Source: a virus
Lineage: Duplodnaviria; Caudoviricetes
Reading direction: 5' to 3' (one strand)
Virus record (IMG/VR): IMGVR_UViG_3300042291_002130
Span: 1 to 52,785 of that record
Length of the DNA: 52,785 bases
Shown here: one piece after another, positions 9,562-19,120 of the stretch
Layout of the letters: each line of letters starts with the position of its first letter
Position numbering within the stretch: position 1 is the first letter of the stretch
Program-made: the position numbers and the translations under genes
Notes under the pieces: generated by a model
What the model was told of the DNA's origin: nothing
The model's input: only the letters and a program-made list of their open reading frames with translations
The model's database searches: none

Positions 9562-10302
9562 TTATTCTGAATATATTTTAGAGTATAGATCAGACATTGT
9601 TTCAATAATATCCTCAATTGTTCCATCTCTTCTTAGTTCCTTAAATACTAGATTTTCAACTGAAAACTCTCCGCCACTAGCTAATCCTTCTTTTCTAGAT
9701 TGCATGACTTTCTTCTTTAGTCTCTCTAGATAATCATACAGTTGTTGCGCAGCCATTCCATCAGCAGATCTCATCTTTTTCTTAATTAGTCTAAGTTCTG
9801 CTTTAATTACTCTCATCTTTTCATTAATATCCTTTTGATCAATTTCAGGTTCATTCCATTTAGGAACAATAATCCATTTATTATTAAGGACTGAGAAGAG
9901 ACCGGAGGCAATATGTTGTTCATCTTTATGTTGTACGTAACACTCTACATCATGTCCTCTAAGAACAACGTGATGGCGTTGATTCCACATAAAGCGCTGA
10001 CCGTCTAATGCTTTGCGAACAAGTTCAACATTTGTATCGATTGATGCAAAGTCAATAATTATGTGTACATCTAAATCTGAATCTGCATTCCAATTAAAAT
10101 TAGCCAATGATCCAGTTAATTGAATATCTAAAATAGGTACTTCTAATTTTAGAGTATTCCAAAAGTCTTGTGCAATTGCAAGTAACTTTGTTCTAATTTC
10201 AGGATCCATTTTACCCTCTTCCCAAAATTTAGAAGAGAGATCTTTATGATATTCAACGTCTTCATTAATCCATGAAATAAACGTTTTTGCTCTATTTTTC
10301 AA
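9562..10302 (-). CDS. Pol-beta-family nucleotidyltransferase with CTS-like N-terminus
   Basis: LTGSLANFNW..DSDLDVHI (hGS...DxD), third acid in DVECY; starts MKNRAKTFISWINED. Confidence 0.8.
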   Translation of the reverse strand: MKNRAKTFISWINEDVEYHKDLSSKFWEEGKMDPEIRTKLLAIAQDFWNTLKLEVPILDIQLTGSLANFNWNADSDLDVHIIIDFASIDTNVELVRKALDGQRFMWNQRHHVVLRGHDVECYVQHKDEQHIASGLFSVLNNKWIIVPKWNEPEIDQKDINEKMRVIKAELRLIKKKMRSADGMAAQQLYDYLERLKKKVMQSRKEGLASGGEFSVENLVFKELRRDGTIEDIIETMSDLYSKIYSE

Positions 10303-10356
10303 AGGTTGATAGTAATTTATGTTATTTATCTTATCAATATTCAGATAAATATTATT

Positions 10357-11259
10357 ATGAACAAGTATATTAAATCATACATTCCAATTAATGAATCAGT
10401 CCAACAACATGGAATAATCTTAATTAAAGGAAAACCAAAAGGAAAATCTGGAGATCAAATGCTCTATGCAACTCATGTTAATTCATCAGTCGAGATTAGA
10501 CCAGGTGCAACCATGTTACTTTTATCTGATACTTTTTATCGAATAATTAAGGGTGATTCTGGGAAGTTAAAAGGGGTTAAAATAAATTGGCGAGATGAAG
10601 ACTCTTTAAAGTCTGTACTTAATTTTAAATCTCCAGGTAAATTAAGCGTTGTTAGAAATAATAATAAGACTCCATATCATTGGAAGACCTTAAAGCATAC
10701 TAATTTGACGGCTGCTCTATCTGCAGTTGATGGAGATATTAATACTTCATCGTATATTTTTGAATCAGTTGAACAGATTAGTCCTAAATTAACTACTCAA
10801 CTTCTTTCAGATACACTCAATTCAATTTTTTTAGGAACAGATAACTCAGTTATTCTACTTGATTGTCACGTACCTACTAGTGCATTAGAAGATTCTCTTT
10901 CAGGAGATGATGATCGAGGCCATCATGAAACAGAGTGGGAATTTTCACTAGATTGTTTATATATCGGTCGACCTGAACTAGACCAAGAATTAAAATCGAC
11001 AGGTATGCGGCGATTTACCGTAGAATTTCAACTAACTACTGAATTTAATTATAATTCATGGTATGATCCAGGAGACAGAGATACTCCTGGAGATGGTGGG
11101 ACTGACCTTGAGGATTTCCGTACATCAATTAATATGATATATTTAGATGGCGAAGAAACAAATTTTGAACCGTCTGAAAAGTTTATTACTACTATCTCTG
11201 AATATTCTGATGGTGATGTTGATTCATGGATAAAAAAGAATAATGTAACATTTATTTAA
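10357..11259 (+). CDS. Late/virion protein with CTS-like N-terminus (start moved to 10357)
   Basis: MNKYIKSYIPINES directly after GATAAATA at 10344. Confidence 0.6.
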   Translation: MNKYIKSYIPINESVQQHGIILIKGKPKGKSGDQMLYATHVNSSVEIRPGATMLLLSDTFYRIIKGDSGKLKGVKINWRDEDSLKSVLNFKSPGKLSVVRNNNKTPYHWKTLKHTNLTAALSAVDGDINTSSYIFESVEQISPKLTTQLLSDTLNSIFLGTDNSVILLDCHVPTSALEDSLSGDDDRGHHETEWEFSLDCLYIGRPELDQELKSTGMRRFTVEFQLTTEFNYNSWYDPGDRDTPGDGGTDLEDFRTSINMIYLDGEETNFEPSEKFITTISEYSDGDVDSWIKKNNVTFI

Positions 11260-11313
11260 TCTAAAATTTTTAATTAATCCAAATAATTGTGTATTTTAAT
11301 AAAAAATATAATT

Positions 11314-11691
11314 ATGGATTCTTCTTTAGCTAGTTCCGATTTTAATAAATTTTTAAAATCAATCAGTGGTCTAGAAAACGGATTTTTTTCTGGGCGCGCG
11401 CCTATTATGGATCGTGGATTTTTTCAAGTTAGTGATGGGTGGTTACCTCTTATCCAATTACTAATTGAAGATCTAATAAAATTAGGTTGGGATAAACAAT
11501 TATGCGACTCCAAAGAAAAATTCGGCGGTCTGCGATTTTATATTAATTCAGGAAGTGATGAAATTCACCAGCGAATAAGTCAAGCTGAACGTGAAAGTTA
11601 TCTGATTTGTGAAAAATGTGGTAAACCTGGAGAATTACGAAAGGATTCTGGCTGGTGGACTACTCTATGCGATACTCACCATAAACATTAA
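11314..11691 (+). CDS. Conserved phage hypothetical protein, Zn-binding C-terminus
   Basis: GW..LI...KEKFGGLRFY...CEKCGKPG...WWTTLCDTH. Confidence 0.65.
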   Translation: MDSSLASSDFNKFLKSISGLENGFFSGRAPIMDRGFFQVSDGWLPLIQLLIEDLIKLGWDKQLCDSKEKFGGLRFYINSGSDEIHQRISQAERESYLICEKCGKPGELRKDSGWWTTLCDTHHKH

Positions 11692-11699
11692 TACAAACA

Positions 11700-12095
11700 A
11701 TGAAAAATTTATTTTTAGATGATTTTCGACAACCTCGGGATGCATGTTATATTGTTAGCAATCCTAAGATTTATTGGGATGGAGAATGGGAAATAGTAAA
11801 AAACTATTTAGAATTTTGTGGATGGATAAAGAGACATGGCTTACCTAAAATAGTAAGCTTTGACCATGATCTCGCTGATATACATTATGAAATTGACTTT
11901 AACGATTGGAATGATGCGACTGCTGACCAACTTGGAGTTGAAGAAACTGGTTTAGATTGTGCAAAATGGCTAGTCAATTACTGCATGGACAATGGTTTTA
12001 AATTACCTGAGTATTATGTACACTCAGCAAACCCAGTTGGAAGAAAGAATATTCAACTATATTTAGATAATTCAAAACAACACTTAGATTTATGA
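11700..12095 (+). CDS. Cyclic-phosphate-processing receiver (cREC) domain protein
   Basis: LFLDD.R.P...VSFDHDL...TGLDCAKWL...VHSANPVG. Confidence 0.75.
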   Translation: MKNLFLDDFRQPRDACYIVSNPKIYWDGEWEIVKNYLEFCGWIKRHGLPKIVSFDHDLADIHYEIDFNDWNDATADQLGVEETGLDCAKWLVNYCMDNGFKLPEYYVHSANPVGRKNIQLYLDNSKQHLDL

Positions 12096-12502
12096 TAGAG
12101 GTAAATAAAAAACTAGAGAAATTAAAAGCTTTCCTAGCTTCAGAAGAAGGACAAAAAAAATTAGAAGAGCTTGCCATTACGATGGACCTTGATAATAAAC
12201 ATAGACTTCGTTGGGTTGAACGCTTTAAAAAATATTCAGAAGGAAGATTAGATGAAGTACTTGAAAAAATAATTAACAAGTATGGCTCAGACGAGTATGT
12301 TAGATCGGAATACAGTAGAGGATATCAACCGCGTGAAGAACTTTTATGGGTGGCTTATGAATTTGCAACACATTATTGTCTTCCATGCGAAGATGAAAAA
12401 TACTTAAATTCATTTACCGCAGACGCATATTATATTGGATCGTATGTAATTCAATTAATGAATGGCCAGGGATCAGTAATTAAAATACAAAATATATGTT
12501 AA
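12092..12502 (+). CDS. Hypothetical protein
   Basis: ATGA overlap within the operon. Confidence 0.6.
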   Translation: MIEVNKKLEKLKAFLASEEGQKKLEELAITMDLDNKHRLRWVERFKKYSEGRLDEVLEKIINKYGSDEYVRSEYSRGYQPREELLWVAYEFATHYCLPCEDEKYLNSFTADAYYIGSYVIQLMNGQGSVIKIQNIC

Positions 12503-12903
12503 GAGAACAAATTTATGCAGATTATATGACATCCTTTAAAGAGAGAGATACTGTCAAGAAAAATCTATTATCCGTAGTTAAAGGAGAGATCCAAACACTC
12601 GAGAAAAATTTAGGAGTTGACTCGCTAGATGATAATGAAGTAACTAAGATTTTAAATAAAGTTGCAAAATCATTACGTGAAGTTTTAATAACTGATAGTG
12701 CAACCGTTATTTCAGATGTTAGAGTTGAATTAGATATTATCGAAGCTTATTTACCAAAGCAAATGACTGAAGAAGAAATCAAATCTAAGATCAATGAATT
12801 AATTAATAATGGTGCTGGAAATGTTGCAGAAATTATGAGAGCTTTTGCTACTCTTCCAGCTGACCGAAAACAAGTTTCACAAATTTATCAAACTTTAAAA
12901 TAA
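12496..12903 (+). CDS. GatB/YqeY domain protein
   Basis: LREQI..D...K..D..K..LL..VKGEI...EL.IIEAYLPKQMTEEEI...IM. Confidence 0.8.
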   Translation: MLREQIYADYMTSFKERDTVKKNLLSVVKGEIQTLEKNLGVDSLDDNEVTKILNKVAKSLREVLITDSATVISDVRVELDIIEAYLPKQMTEEEIKSKINELINNGAGNVAEIMRAFATLPADRKQVSQIYQTLK

Positions 12904-12904
12904 T

Positions 12905-13822
12905 ATGAGTAACGTATATCTTCTTAATTTAGCATATCCTGAAAAATCGAAAGTTTCCTTTGAAAAAACTAAATTTCCAGACGGACAGCAATCCATTCGG
13001 ATAACTTCTGATATTTCATCAGCTGTTGCAGTTAAAATCTATTCTAGATTTAATAACTTTAAAGATCTTGAATTAATACTATGTGCGACTTCTGCTTTAA
13101 AGAATTTAGGATTAACTGATATCTTTCTCTATATTCCATATTTCTTAGGTGGACGTAGTGATCGTAAATTTGAAGACGGCTCAATTAATTATATTAAAGA
13201 TATTATTGCCCCAATTATTAATGCACAACATTATAAGGGAGTTATTGTCTTAGATCCTCATTCTGACGTTATTGAGGCATGTATTGATAACTTAGATAAA
13301 ATAGACAATACTTCACTAGTTAAGGCTGCTCTTGGTGAAATAGTAGACTCTTTGTCTAAATTTCAATTTGATATATCATCTACTTCTCAAATTTGCATGG
13401 TTTCTCCAGATGCTGGCGCACTTAAGAAAATATATTCAGTTGCTAAGGACTGTGGAGTATCAAATGTTATAACTGCATCAAAGGTCAGAGATCTCTCTAC
13501 TGGTAAAATATTACATACTGAGGTTCCATTAGTGAATATCAAGTCTAGTCCTACCGTTTTTGTAATCGTTGATGATATTTGTGATGGAGGTAGAACTTTT
13601 ATTGAAGTGGCAAAAGCAATTCGTACACGCCGACCTATGCCAGAATATCAAGATAAAATATTCTTAATCGTTAGTCATGGAATATTTTCAAATGGGCTAT
13701 ATGACTTATCCAAATGGGTCGATGGAATATATTCGACTAATAGTCGCGCTGATATTAAAGCTGACGAGTTTTCAGAATACACAGTTCCTTCTACTTTTTT
13801 AACTCAATTTAACATATATTAA
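12905..13822 (+). CDS. PRPP synthetase-like protein (possible ADPR-PP synthetase, Adps)
   Basis: KFPDGQ, PYF.G.RSDRKF, LDPHS, VSPDAGA, K.RD..TG, IVDDICDGGRTF, SHGIFS. Confidence 0.9.
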   Translation: MSNVYLLNLAYPEKSKVSFEKTKFPDGQQSIRITSDISSAVAVKIYSRFNNFKDLELILCATSALKNLGLTDIFLYIPYFLGGRSDRKFEDGSINYIKDIIAPIINAQHYKGVIVLDPHSDVIEACIDNLDKIDNTSLVKAALGEIVDSLSKFQFDISSTSQICMVSPDAGALKKIYSVAKDCGVSNVITASKVRDLSTGKILHTEVPLVNIKSSPTVFVIVDDICDGGRTFIEVAKAIRTRRPMPEYQDKIFLIVSHGIFSNGLYDLSKWVDGIYSTNSRADIKADEFSEYTVPSTFLTQFNIY

Positions 13823-13823
13823 T

Positions 13824-14291
13824 ATGAGAGTAATTAAACCGCCACACTCTTTATCTAAAGCTGGTGCAAATATTTCAACAATATTTTTAGCAGGAAGTAT
13901 TGAAATGGGATCGTCCGAAGATTGGCAATCTAAAATTGAAGAACGCCTTAATTCTCGCGGAGATGAACTAGTTATTTTAAATCCACGTAGGGATAGTTGG
14001 GATTCAAGTTGGACTCAAGAGTTTACAAATCCTCAGTTTTATCAACAAGTAAATTGGGAACTCTCTTGTTTAGATACAGCTAGCTTAATTATTATGTATT
14101 TTTCGCCAGATACAAAATCCCCAATCTCTTTACTTGAACTTGGATTATATGCAAGCTCTGGAAAAATAGTAGTATGCTGCCCTGATGGTTTTTGGAGAAA
14201 GGGTAATGTTGAAATAGTTTGTGAAAATTATGGAATTCCTTTATATGAAACATTTGAAGATCTTTTAACTTTTATTGAAACGGTAGTATAA
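13824..14291 (+). CDS. Nucleoside 2-deoxyribosyltransferase-like protein
   Basis: IFLAGSIEMG..EDWQ...NPRR..W...QVNWEL..L...SPISLLELGL. Confidence 0.8.
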   Translation: MRVIKPPHSLSKAGANISTIFLAGSIEMGSSEDWQSKIEERLNSRGDELVILNPRRDSWDSSWTQEFTNPQFYQQVNWELSCLDTASLIIMYFSPDTKSPISLLELGLYASSGKIVVCCPDGFWRKGNVEIVCENYGIPLYETFEDLLTFIETVV

Positions 14292-14307
14292 TAATAATAA
14301 TAATAAT

Positions 14308-14481
14308 ATGGAATACTTAAAATTTATATTTTCAGGAGTTTGGATATTTTTAGGAATCTTGATATTGGTGGTAACTATCTTAAATTTCGTATATGATTGT
14401 TGGAATTCCTTTTGGAAGTATATTACTTCTGGAATGAGAGAACCTAAAACTAAAAATGATAATTTAACTAATATCGATTAA
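14308..14481 (+). CDS. Small membrane protein (57 aa; below the ORF-track cutoff)
   Basis: Translated by hand: MEYLKFIFSGVWIFLGILILVVTILNFV...; follows TAGTATAATA and an (AAT)n run. Confidence 0.6.
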   Translation: MEYLKFIFSGVWIFLGILILVVTILNFVYDCWNSFWKYITSGMREPKTKNDNLTNID

Positions 14482-14482
14482 T

Positions 14483-14920
14483 ATGAAACTTGAAGATATT
14501 TCCCAAGAAATAAAAAACTTACCTACTTATATTGGTACCGGTTTTAGAACCATGGCAGAAGGTAGAAACATTATTGAAAATACTAAAGAGTATACTTCAA
14601 ATATGAAAGACTCTACTAAAAAATACTATGGACGCGGTGGAGCTGGCGGATTTATCTGTAAGCATGGAATCTATAATCAGTTTATTGATCTCTCTAAACA
14701 GGATGGCAAATGGGATAATCGATTTATTGGAGACCGTTTTATTGAATCTTGGAAAAATCCAAATGATGTTGAAGAAATTGATGAATGGAAAGAAGGTAAA
14801 AAAGATATGATTATTCGACTATTTATAAAAGAAGTCAGCGAATCAAAATATATGGGCCAAGGAATTTATTATTATAATGGCTCTTCTCAAACTGGGGTAA
14901 TGTGGTCCCTTTTAAAATAA
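14483..14920 (+). CDS. Hypothetical protein
   Basis: ORF within the operon. Confidence 0.55.
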   Translation: MKLEDISQEIKNLPTYIGTGFRTMAEGRNIIENTKEYTSNMKDSTKKYYGRGGAGGFICKHGIYNQFIDLSKQDGKWDNRFIGDRFIESWKNPNDVEEIDEWKEGKKDMIIRLFIKEVSESKYMGQGIYYYNGSSQTGVMWSLLK

Positions 14921-14925
14921 AATAT

Positions 14926-15501
14926 ATGATACTTAACAGAACAAGAATTAGACAATTACTAGACGAAACTCGAATGGGTTCAGCTAGAACTGACTTTAAC
15001 CAAGTAGATAGACTATATGGTTTAAAAATGTTAATTGATGACCATGTAACTCGGGACTCAGTTATTGTTGAGATCGGATCATTTTCAGGAAAGAGCAGTG
15101 AACTATTTGCATTACATTGTAAGCAATTAATGTGTGTTGATGTTTGGCAAGAATATTGGGAACTTGATGGAGTTACTTTAAGTAACGCTGAATTAGTTTT
15201 TGATGAAATGCTTAAGAATTATGATAACATTCATAAATTAAAGATGAATAGTGTAGCCGGCTCTATGGAATTTGATAATGAATCACTAGATCTTGTCTAT
15301 ATTGATGCTGCTCATGATTATGAGAATACTATGAATGATATTCGCTCATGGTTTCCAAAAGTAAAAAAGGGTGGAATTGTTGCAGGTCATGATTATCGAT
15401 ATGATCCAAATATTAAAGTATATGAGGTCGTAAATGAAGTATTTGGGCAAGATTATAAAATAGAAACTTATCCAGATAGTAGCTGGACTATTCGAAAATA
15501 A
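14926..15501 (+). CDS. Class I SAM-dependent methyltransferase (Methyltransf_24-like)
   Basis: IVEIGSFSGKS, CVDVW, LDLVYIDAAHDYE, PKVKKGGIVAGHDY. Confidence 0.85.
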   Translation: MILNRTRIRQLLDETRMGSARTDFNQVDRLYGLKMLIDDHVTRDSVIVEIGSFSGKSSELFALHCKQLMCVDVWQEYWELDGVTLSNAELVFDEMLKNYDNIHKLKMNSVAGSMEFDNESLDLVYIDAAHDYENTMNDIRSWFPKVKKGGIVAGHDYRYDPNIKVYEVVNEVFGQDYKIETYPDSSWTIRK

Positions 15502-15506
15502 TTTAT

Positions 15507-15755
15507 ATGGAAAGTCCAGGATCTTACATCGGCGCAATAATCGGTATGATTATTGTTGGTGTTTTAGGAACACTTATGGTAATTGATATTCGCAAAGACA
15601 TGACAGTAATTGATACTCGAGTTGAAACTGTGGATGGAAAAACATATGATTGTACTGAAGCAAACTCAAGTGATAATGGTATGACTTATATCAGAAAGCC
15701 TTATTACATAACAATGCCTTCAAGAAACATTAAACTAATTAAAAGAATAAAATGA
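15507..15755 (+). CDS. Small single-TM protein
   Basis: N-terminal hydrophobic helix. Confidence 0.55.
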   Translation: MESPGSYIGAIIGMIIVGVLGTLMVIDIRKDMTVIDTRVETVDGKTYDCTEANSSDNGMTYIRKPYYITMPSRNIKLIKRIK

Positions 15756-16225
15756 ATTATCAAGAAGTAGACGGAGACTTAATTACACTTGCTACGGCTG
15801 GTACATTTGATGTTATTGCTCATGGGTGTAATTGTCATTCAACCATGGGTGCAGGGATTGCTCCACAGATGGCAAAGGCTTTTGGATGTGATCGTTTTAT
15901 AATGGAACGTATAGGATCCGATGTTAACAAATTAGGTAACATTGATTACCAAACATTAAATTATAATGAAAAGGAACTTACTGTTGTAAATGCCTATACT
16001 CAATTTAACTATGGAAGGAATCATGCTGATGGTGATGCTAAACCTTTAAGCTATGAAGCACTTACACTGTGTATGAAAAAGATAAACATGCTATTTGCAG
16101 GAAAACATATAGGTCTACCTAAAATCGGTGCTGGTCTTGCTGGTGGCGATTGGGAAAAGATTAAAGCAATCATTCAAAGAGAACTTAGAGATTGTCAAGT
16201 AACTATTGTAAACTATAAGAAATAA
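15752..16225 (+). CDS. Macro domain protein (ADP-ribose binding/hydrolase; T4 tk.4-like)
   Basis: GDL...IAHGCNC..TMGAGIA...VNAYTQ...PKIGAGLAGGDW. Confidence 0.9.
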   Translation: MNYQEVDGDLITLATAGTFDVIAHGCNCHSTMGAGIAPQMAKAFGCDRFIMERIGSDVNKLGNIDYQTLNYNEKELTVVNAYTQFNYGRNHADGDAKPLSYEALTLCMKKINMLFAGKHIGLPKIGAGLAGGDWEKIKAIIQRELRDCQVTIVNYKK

Positions 16226-16656
16226 TGAGAACTATTGATTTTGACGTTAGTCTTATAAATAAGATTCATTTTAGACCTTCATATCATGATACAGATTATG
16301 TATGGAAAGCTGATTTAACTAAACCTAAATACAAAATAATTTTCTTTGGCCTATTTACTGTTAAAGACGGGTTTTACTCCCGTACTGAAGGCTTTTATAG
16401 GCTTGACTATCAGTATGGCAGCGACACTTATATATGGGATCATGTGAGTCTTGAAGACTTTGAAAAACTCGGCTACCTCATAAAAATTGTTAATCATACA
16501 AAAGAAGCTTGGAAAAAAGCTTATGTTGAAGTAGATTTAGGTTATCGATCTGCGATAAGTAGACTTTTTGATACTGATGAAGAAGCAAATGCTTGGATTC
16601 GACGACTAACAAATTTGTCAAATAAGACATTTGAAACAATTGAATATGAAAACTAG
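16225..16656 (+). CDS. Hypothetical protein
   Basis: TAATG coupling. Confidence 0.55.
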   Translation: MRTIDFDVSLINKIHFRPSYHDTDYVWKADLTKPKYKIIFFGLFTVKDGFYSRTEGFYRLDYQYGSDTYIWDHVSLEDFEKLGYLIKIVNHTKEAWKKAYVEVDLGYRSAISRLFDTDEEANAWIRRLTNLSNKTFETIEYEN

Positions 16657-17038
16657 AAAAATACCGAGTTTAACTAATTCATTACTATTTTTTATGAAAG
16701 ATCAGTCCAATTTTTCTATTGAAGAATATGAAAAAACTATGATTAAGTTAGAAAAGAAGATTGAACAGTCTTTAATAAAATTACTTTCTAAAGTAGATAT
16801 TCAAGCTATTGTTAAAACTGATAGATACTCACTTCCATACACTGAAGAAATCATATACACTGCATTTGGTTACTCATATTTAAATGGAGCATTTGAATCT
16901 GCTCCATTTAAAAGAAAAATATTAACTACTCTTCTTAATGAAGATTTATATAAATTAAGATTTTATGTTTTTGCAGAAATTGAAGACCACTTTCCTATGG
17001 GAAAAGTGAGATACTGTTTTAGATACTATAAACATTAA
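16646..17038 (+). CDS. Hypothetical protein (start moved to 16646)
   Basis: ORF within the operon. Confidence 0.55.
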   Translation: MKTRKIPSLTNSLLFFMKDQSNFSIEEYEKTMIKLEKKIEQSLIKLLSKVDIQAIVKTDRYSLPYTEEIIYTAFGYSYLNGAFESAPFKRKILTTLLNEDLYKLRFYVFAEIEDHFPMGKVRYCFRYYKH

Positions 17039-17053
17039 AAAATATAATTAATT

Positions 17054-17242
17054 ATGGAAGATAATATAGAAAATTTATACGATAGCTCGGTACCTGAACA
17101 TATAACTAGGTATGAATTTGATTTTGATAAAATCAAAACAATTGATGATGTTATTAGGATAATTAAAGGATTACAAATATCCTTCACTGATCAATATACT
17201 GCATTCGAAGAAATTAAGGACCTTTTAAAAATAAAAGAATAA
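17054..17242 (+). CDS. Hypothetical protein
   Basis: Last ORF before the hairpin. Confidence 0.55.
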   Translation: MEDNIENLYDSSVPEHITRYEFDFDKIKTIDDVIRIIKGLQISFTDQYTAFEEIKDLLKIKE

Positions 17243-17276
17243 TAAAGAGACTCTAATGTACTAGAGTCTCTTTATT
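17241..17276. terminator. Perfect 15-bp inverted repeat between convergent genes
   Basis: AATAAAGAGACTCTA-ATGTAC-TAGAGTCTCTTTATT. Confidence 0.7.
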
Positions 17277-17852
17277 AATTGTCTTTAAAATATGATCGTT
17301 AATCTCTTCAATTTTCTTTAAATTTAAAGAGCTTACTTCTGATCTAATTTTAGTGATATGATTTTTTATATGAGTAAGATCAGTTATTTCTAAATATCTT
17401 GATTTAACTGGGTTAGCTGAAATATTGTTATTTTTTAAGATATTATTTAATTTCATTATTGCAAAACGATCAGCTACTTGTTCAACTCTTAATAATTTTC
17501 GAGCAGCTTTATCTATATTTAAGTCATTTAAATATACATCTAGTACAATATTTTTACCATGTTTAGTATATTGATATTGGTGTGAAACTTCATGCAAGAT
17601 TACATATATTAAATAGTGTAGCGGTAGATCAAGTATTTTTGTGCTAATTACACATTTATCAGTTTTTGAAATTCCAAGTGCTCTATTTGACATTCGTTCA
17701 AATCCTATCTGTTTACAGCCTGACTTTTTAATAAATTCTCCAAGTTCATTTAATAATTTACTTGATACATCCAATCGATTTAGGTGTATTCCATAAAGAA
17801 AGTCTTCAAGTCCTCTAGTATTATATCTCTTGGGTTTTAAAGTTATCTCCAT
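17253..17852 (-). CDS. HExxH zincin-like metallopeptidase domain protein
   Basis: VILHEVSHQYQY...EQVADRFA. Confidence 0.6.
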   Translation of the reverse strand: MEITLKPKRYNTRGLEDFLYGIHLNRLDVSSKLLNELGEFIKKSGCKQIGFERMSNRALGISKTDKCVISTKILDLPLHYLIYVILHEVSHQYQYTKHGKNIVLDVYLNDLNIDKAARKLLRVEQVADRFAIMKLNNILKNNNISANPVKSRYLEITDLTHIKNHITKIRSEVSSLNLKKIEEINDHILKTINKETLVH

Positions 17853-18210
17853 CTAATATACTTAATAGTTTTCTAACTGAATACATTAATGCATCTAGTG
17901 CATCTGAATAAGTTTTATGCTGCTCATTAGTTAAGTTCCCAGCAATTAGCCCATTCCAAAAAATAACACCAGCAGCCGTGAGAATACCTTTATTATCAAA
18001 GTATTCTTGCTTTAATACTTGTATTCTATCTGAACACGGTGATTCACATATTTCAGAAGTTGGTATCCACTCTTCAAATGCTTTAAAGAAAGCATCACGA
18101 GTTGCTCCATATGCGGTTGCATTATTTTCCCAGGTTTGTGGACTTAATGGACTAACTTGGTTAATTCCAATTACTCCATCATTATAATAATCTTCTAAAT
18201 CAAATAACAT
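17821..18210 (-). CDS. Hypothetical late protein
   Basis: In a minus-strand operon behind GATAAATA. Confidence 0.55.
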   Translation of the reverse strand: MLFDLEDYYNDGVIGINQVSPLSPQTWENNATAYGATRDAFFKAFEEWIPTSEICESPCSDRIQVLKQEYFDNKGILTAAGVIFWNGLIAGNLTNEQHKTYSDALDALMYSVRKLLSILDGDNFKTQEI

Positions 18211-18211
18211 A

Positions 18212-19036
18212 TTATAAATTATCTTTTTTTATTCTAAATTCCGGTATGTATTTTGCAGCCCAAAGAAATGGTTGCAATGAAAGTGCTAATTCATTTTTAG
18301 CTTTAATTGCAGCATCACGTTGAGCCGCCATTGCTAAATGAGTAAATGATATTGTATCAAGATAGAAGCTAATAGAAAATTCACTTTCTGCTGGATCCCA
18401 TGCATACCATGCAATATCATTAATTACATAAATAATATCTCCAGGTAATCCAACCAACGGAATATCACCTACACTTGAAACTGCAGGTAGTGTTCTTAAC
18501 TCAGTAACTCCAGGTAAAGCAATATCTGCTGCATGAATAGACCATTCTTCATATTCATTAACCTTTTTACAAAAGTATGTAGTCGGCGTATCGATCACTA
18601 AATTTGTTTTATAAAAAAGAGTAGATGCTGGGACTGGTGCTGGCAACTCCTGATAAGCTGGTCGATTTTCAAAATTAATCGCTAATATATTTTCACTATT
18701 TTTCTTAATCCAATCATCTCTAAATGCACGAAAAGTAGTATCTGAGTTACCGTTGTCTGATACCCAAGTATCTAGATCTTCATATGTTGGTTGATATAAT
18801 TTATCTAGTAATACATCGAATCCCCAATGTCTAAAGATTGGCCGAAGTTTATCTCCTCCACAATATCCTGGTCTACTTTCTCCAGGTAAACTTGCACCAG
18901 CTGCTGCTCCGCCAGAAAGGGATCCGGTTGTTCTAGACATTCTAACTGCTTGTTCAAATAACATTTGCTCTTCTTCAAAGCGTCTTCGATTTTCTTTTTG
19001 GTTAGGAGATTCTTCTCCCCAATTAATAAATGACAT
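18212..19036 (-). CDS. Hypothetical late/virion protein
   Basis: GATAAATA at 19057-19064; PGDIIYV...YAWD resembles beta-repeat segments of virion fibres. Confidence 0.55.
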   Translation of the reverse strand: MSFINWGEESPNQKENRRRFEEEQMLFEQAVRMSRTTGSLSGGAAAGASLPGESRPGYCGGDKLRPIFRHWGFDVLLDKLYQPTYEDLDTWVSDNGNSDTTFRAFRDDWIKKNSENILAINFENRPAYQELPAPVPASTLFYKTNLVIDTPTTYFCKKVNEYEEWSIHAADIALPGVTELRTLPAVSSVGDIPLVGLPGDIIYVINDIAWYAWDPAESEFSISFYLDTISFTHLAMAAQRDAAIKAKNELALSLQPFLWAAKYIPEFRIKKDNL

Positions 19037-19120
19037 ATTATTTCAAATATTTTAATTATTTATCTGAATAAAATTTTAATATCTATATTAAATATAGTAG
19101 AATAGTTAAAAATATAAATT

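Noticed and set aside
14288-14307. (AAT)n microsatellite as a phase-variation switch
   Set aside because: Short, non-coding and in very AT-rich DNA; no evidence of length variation from one sequence.
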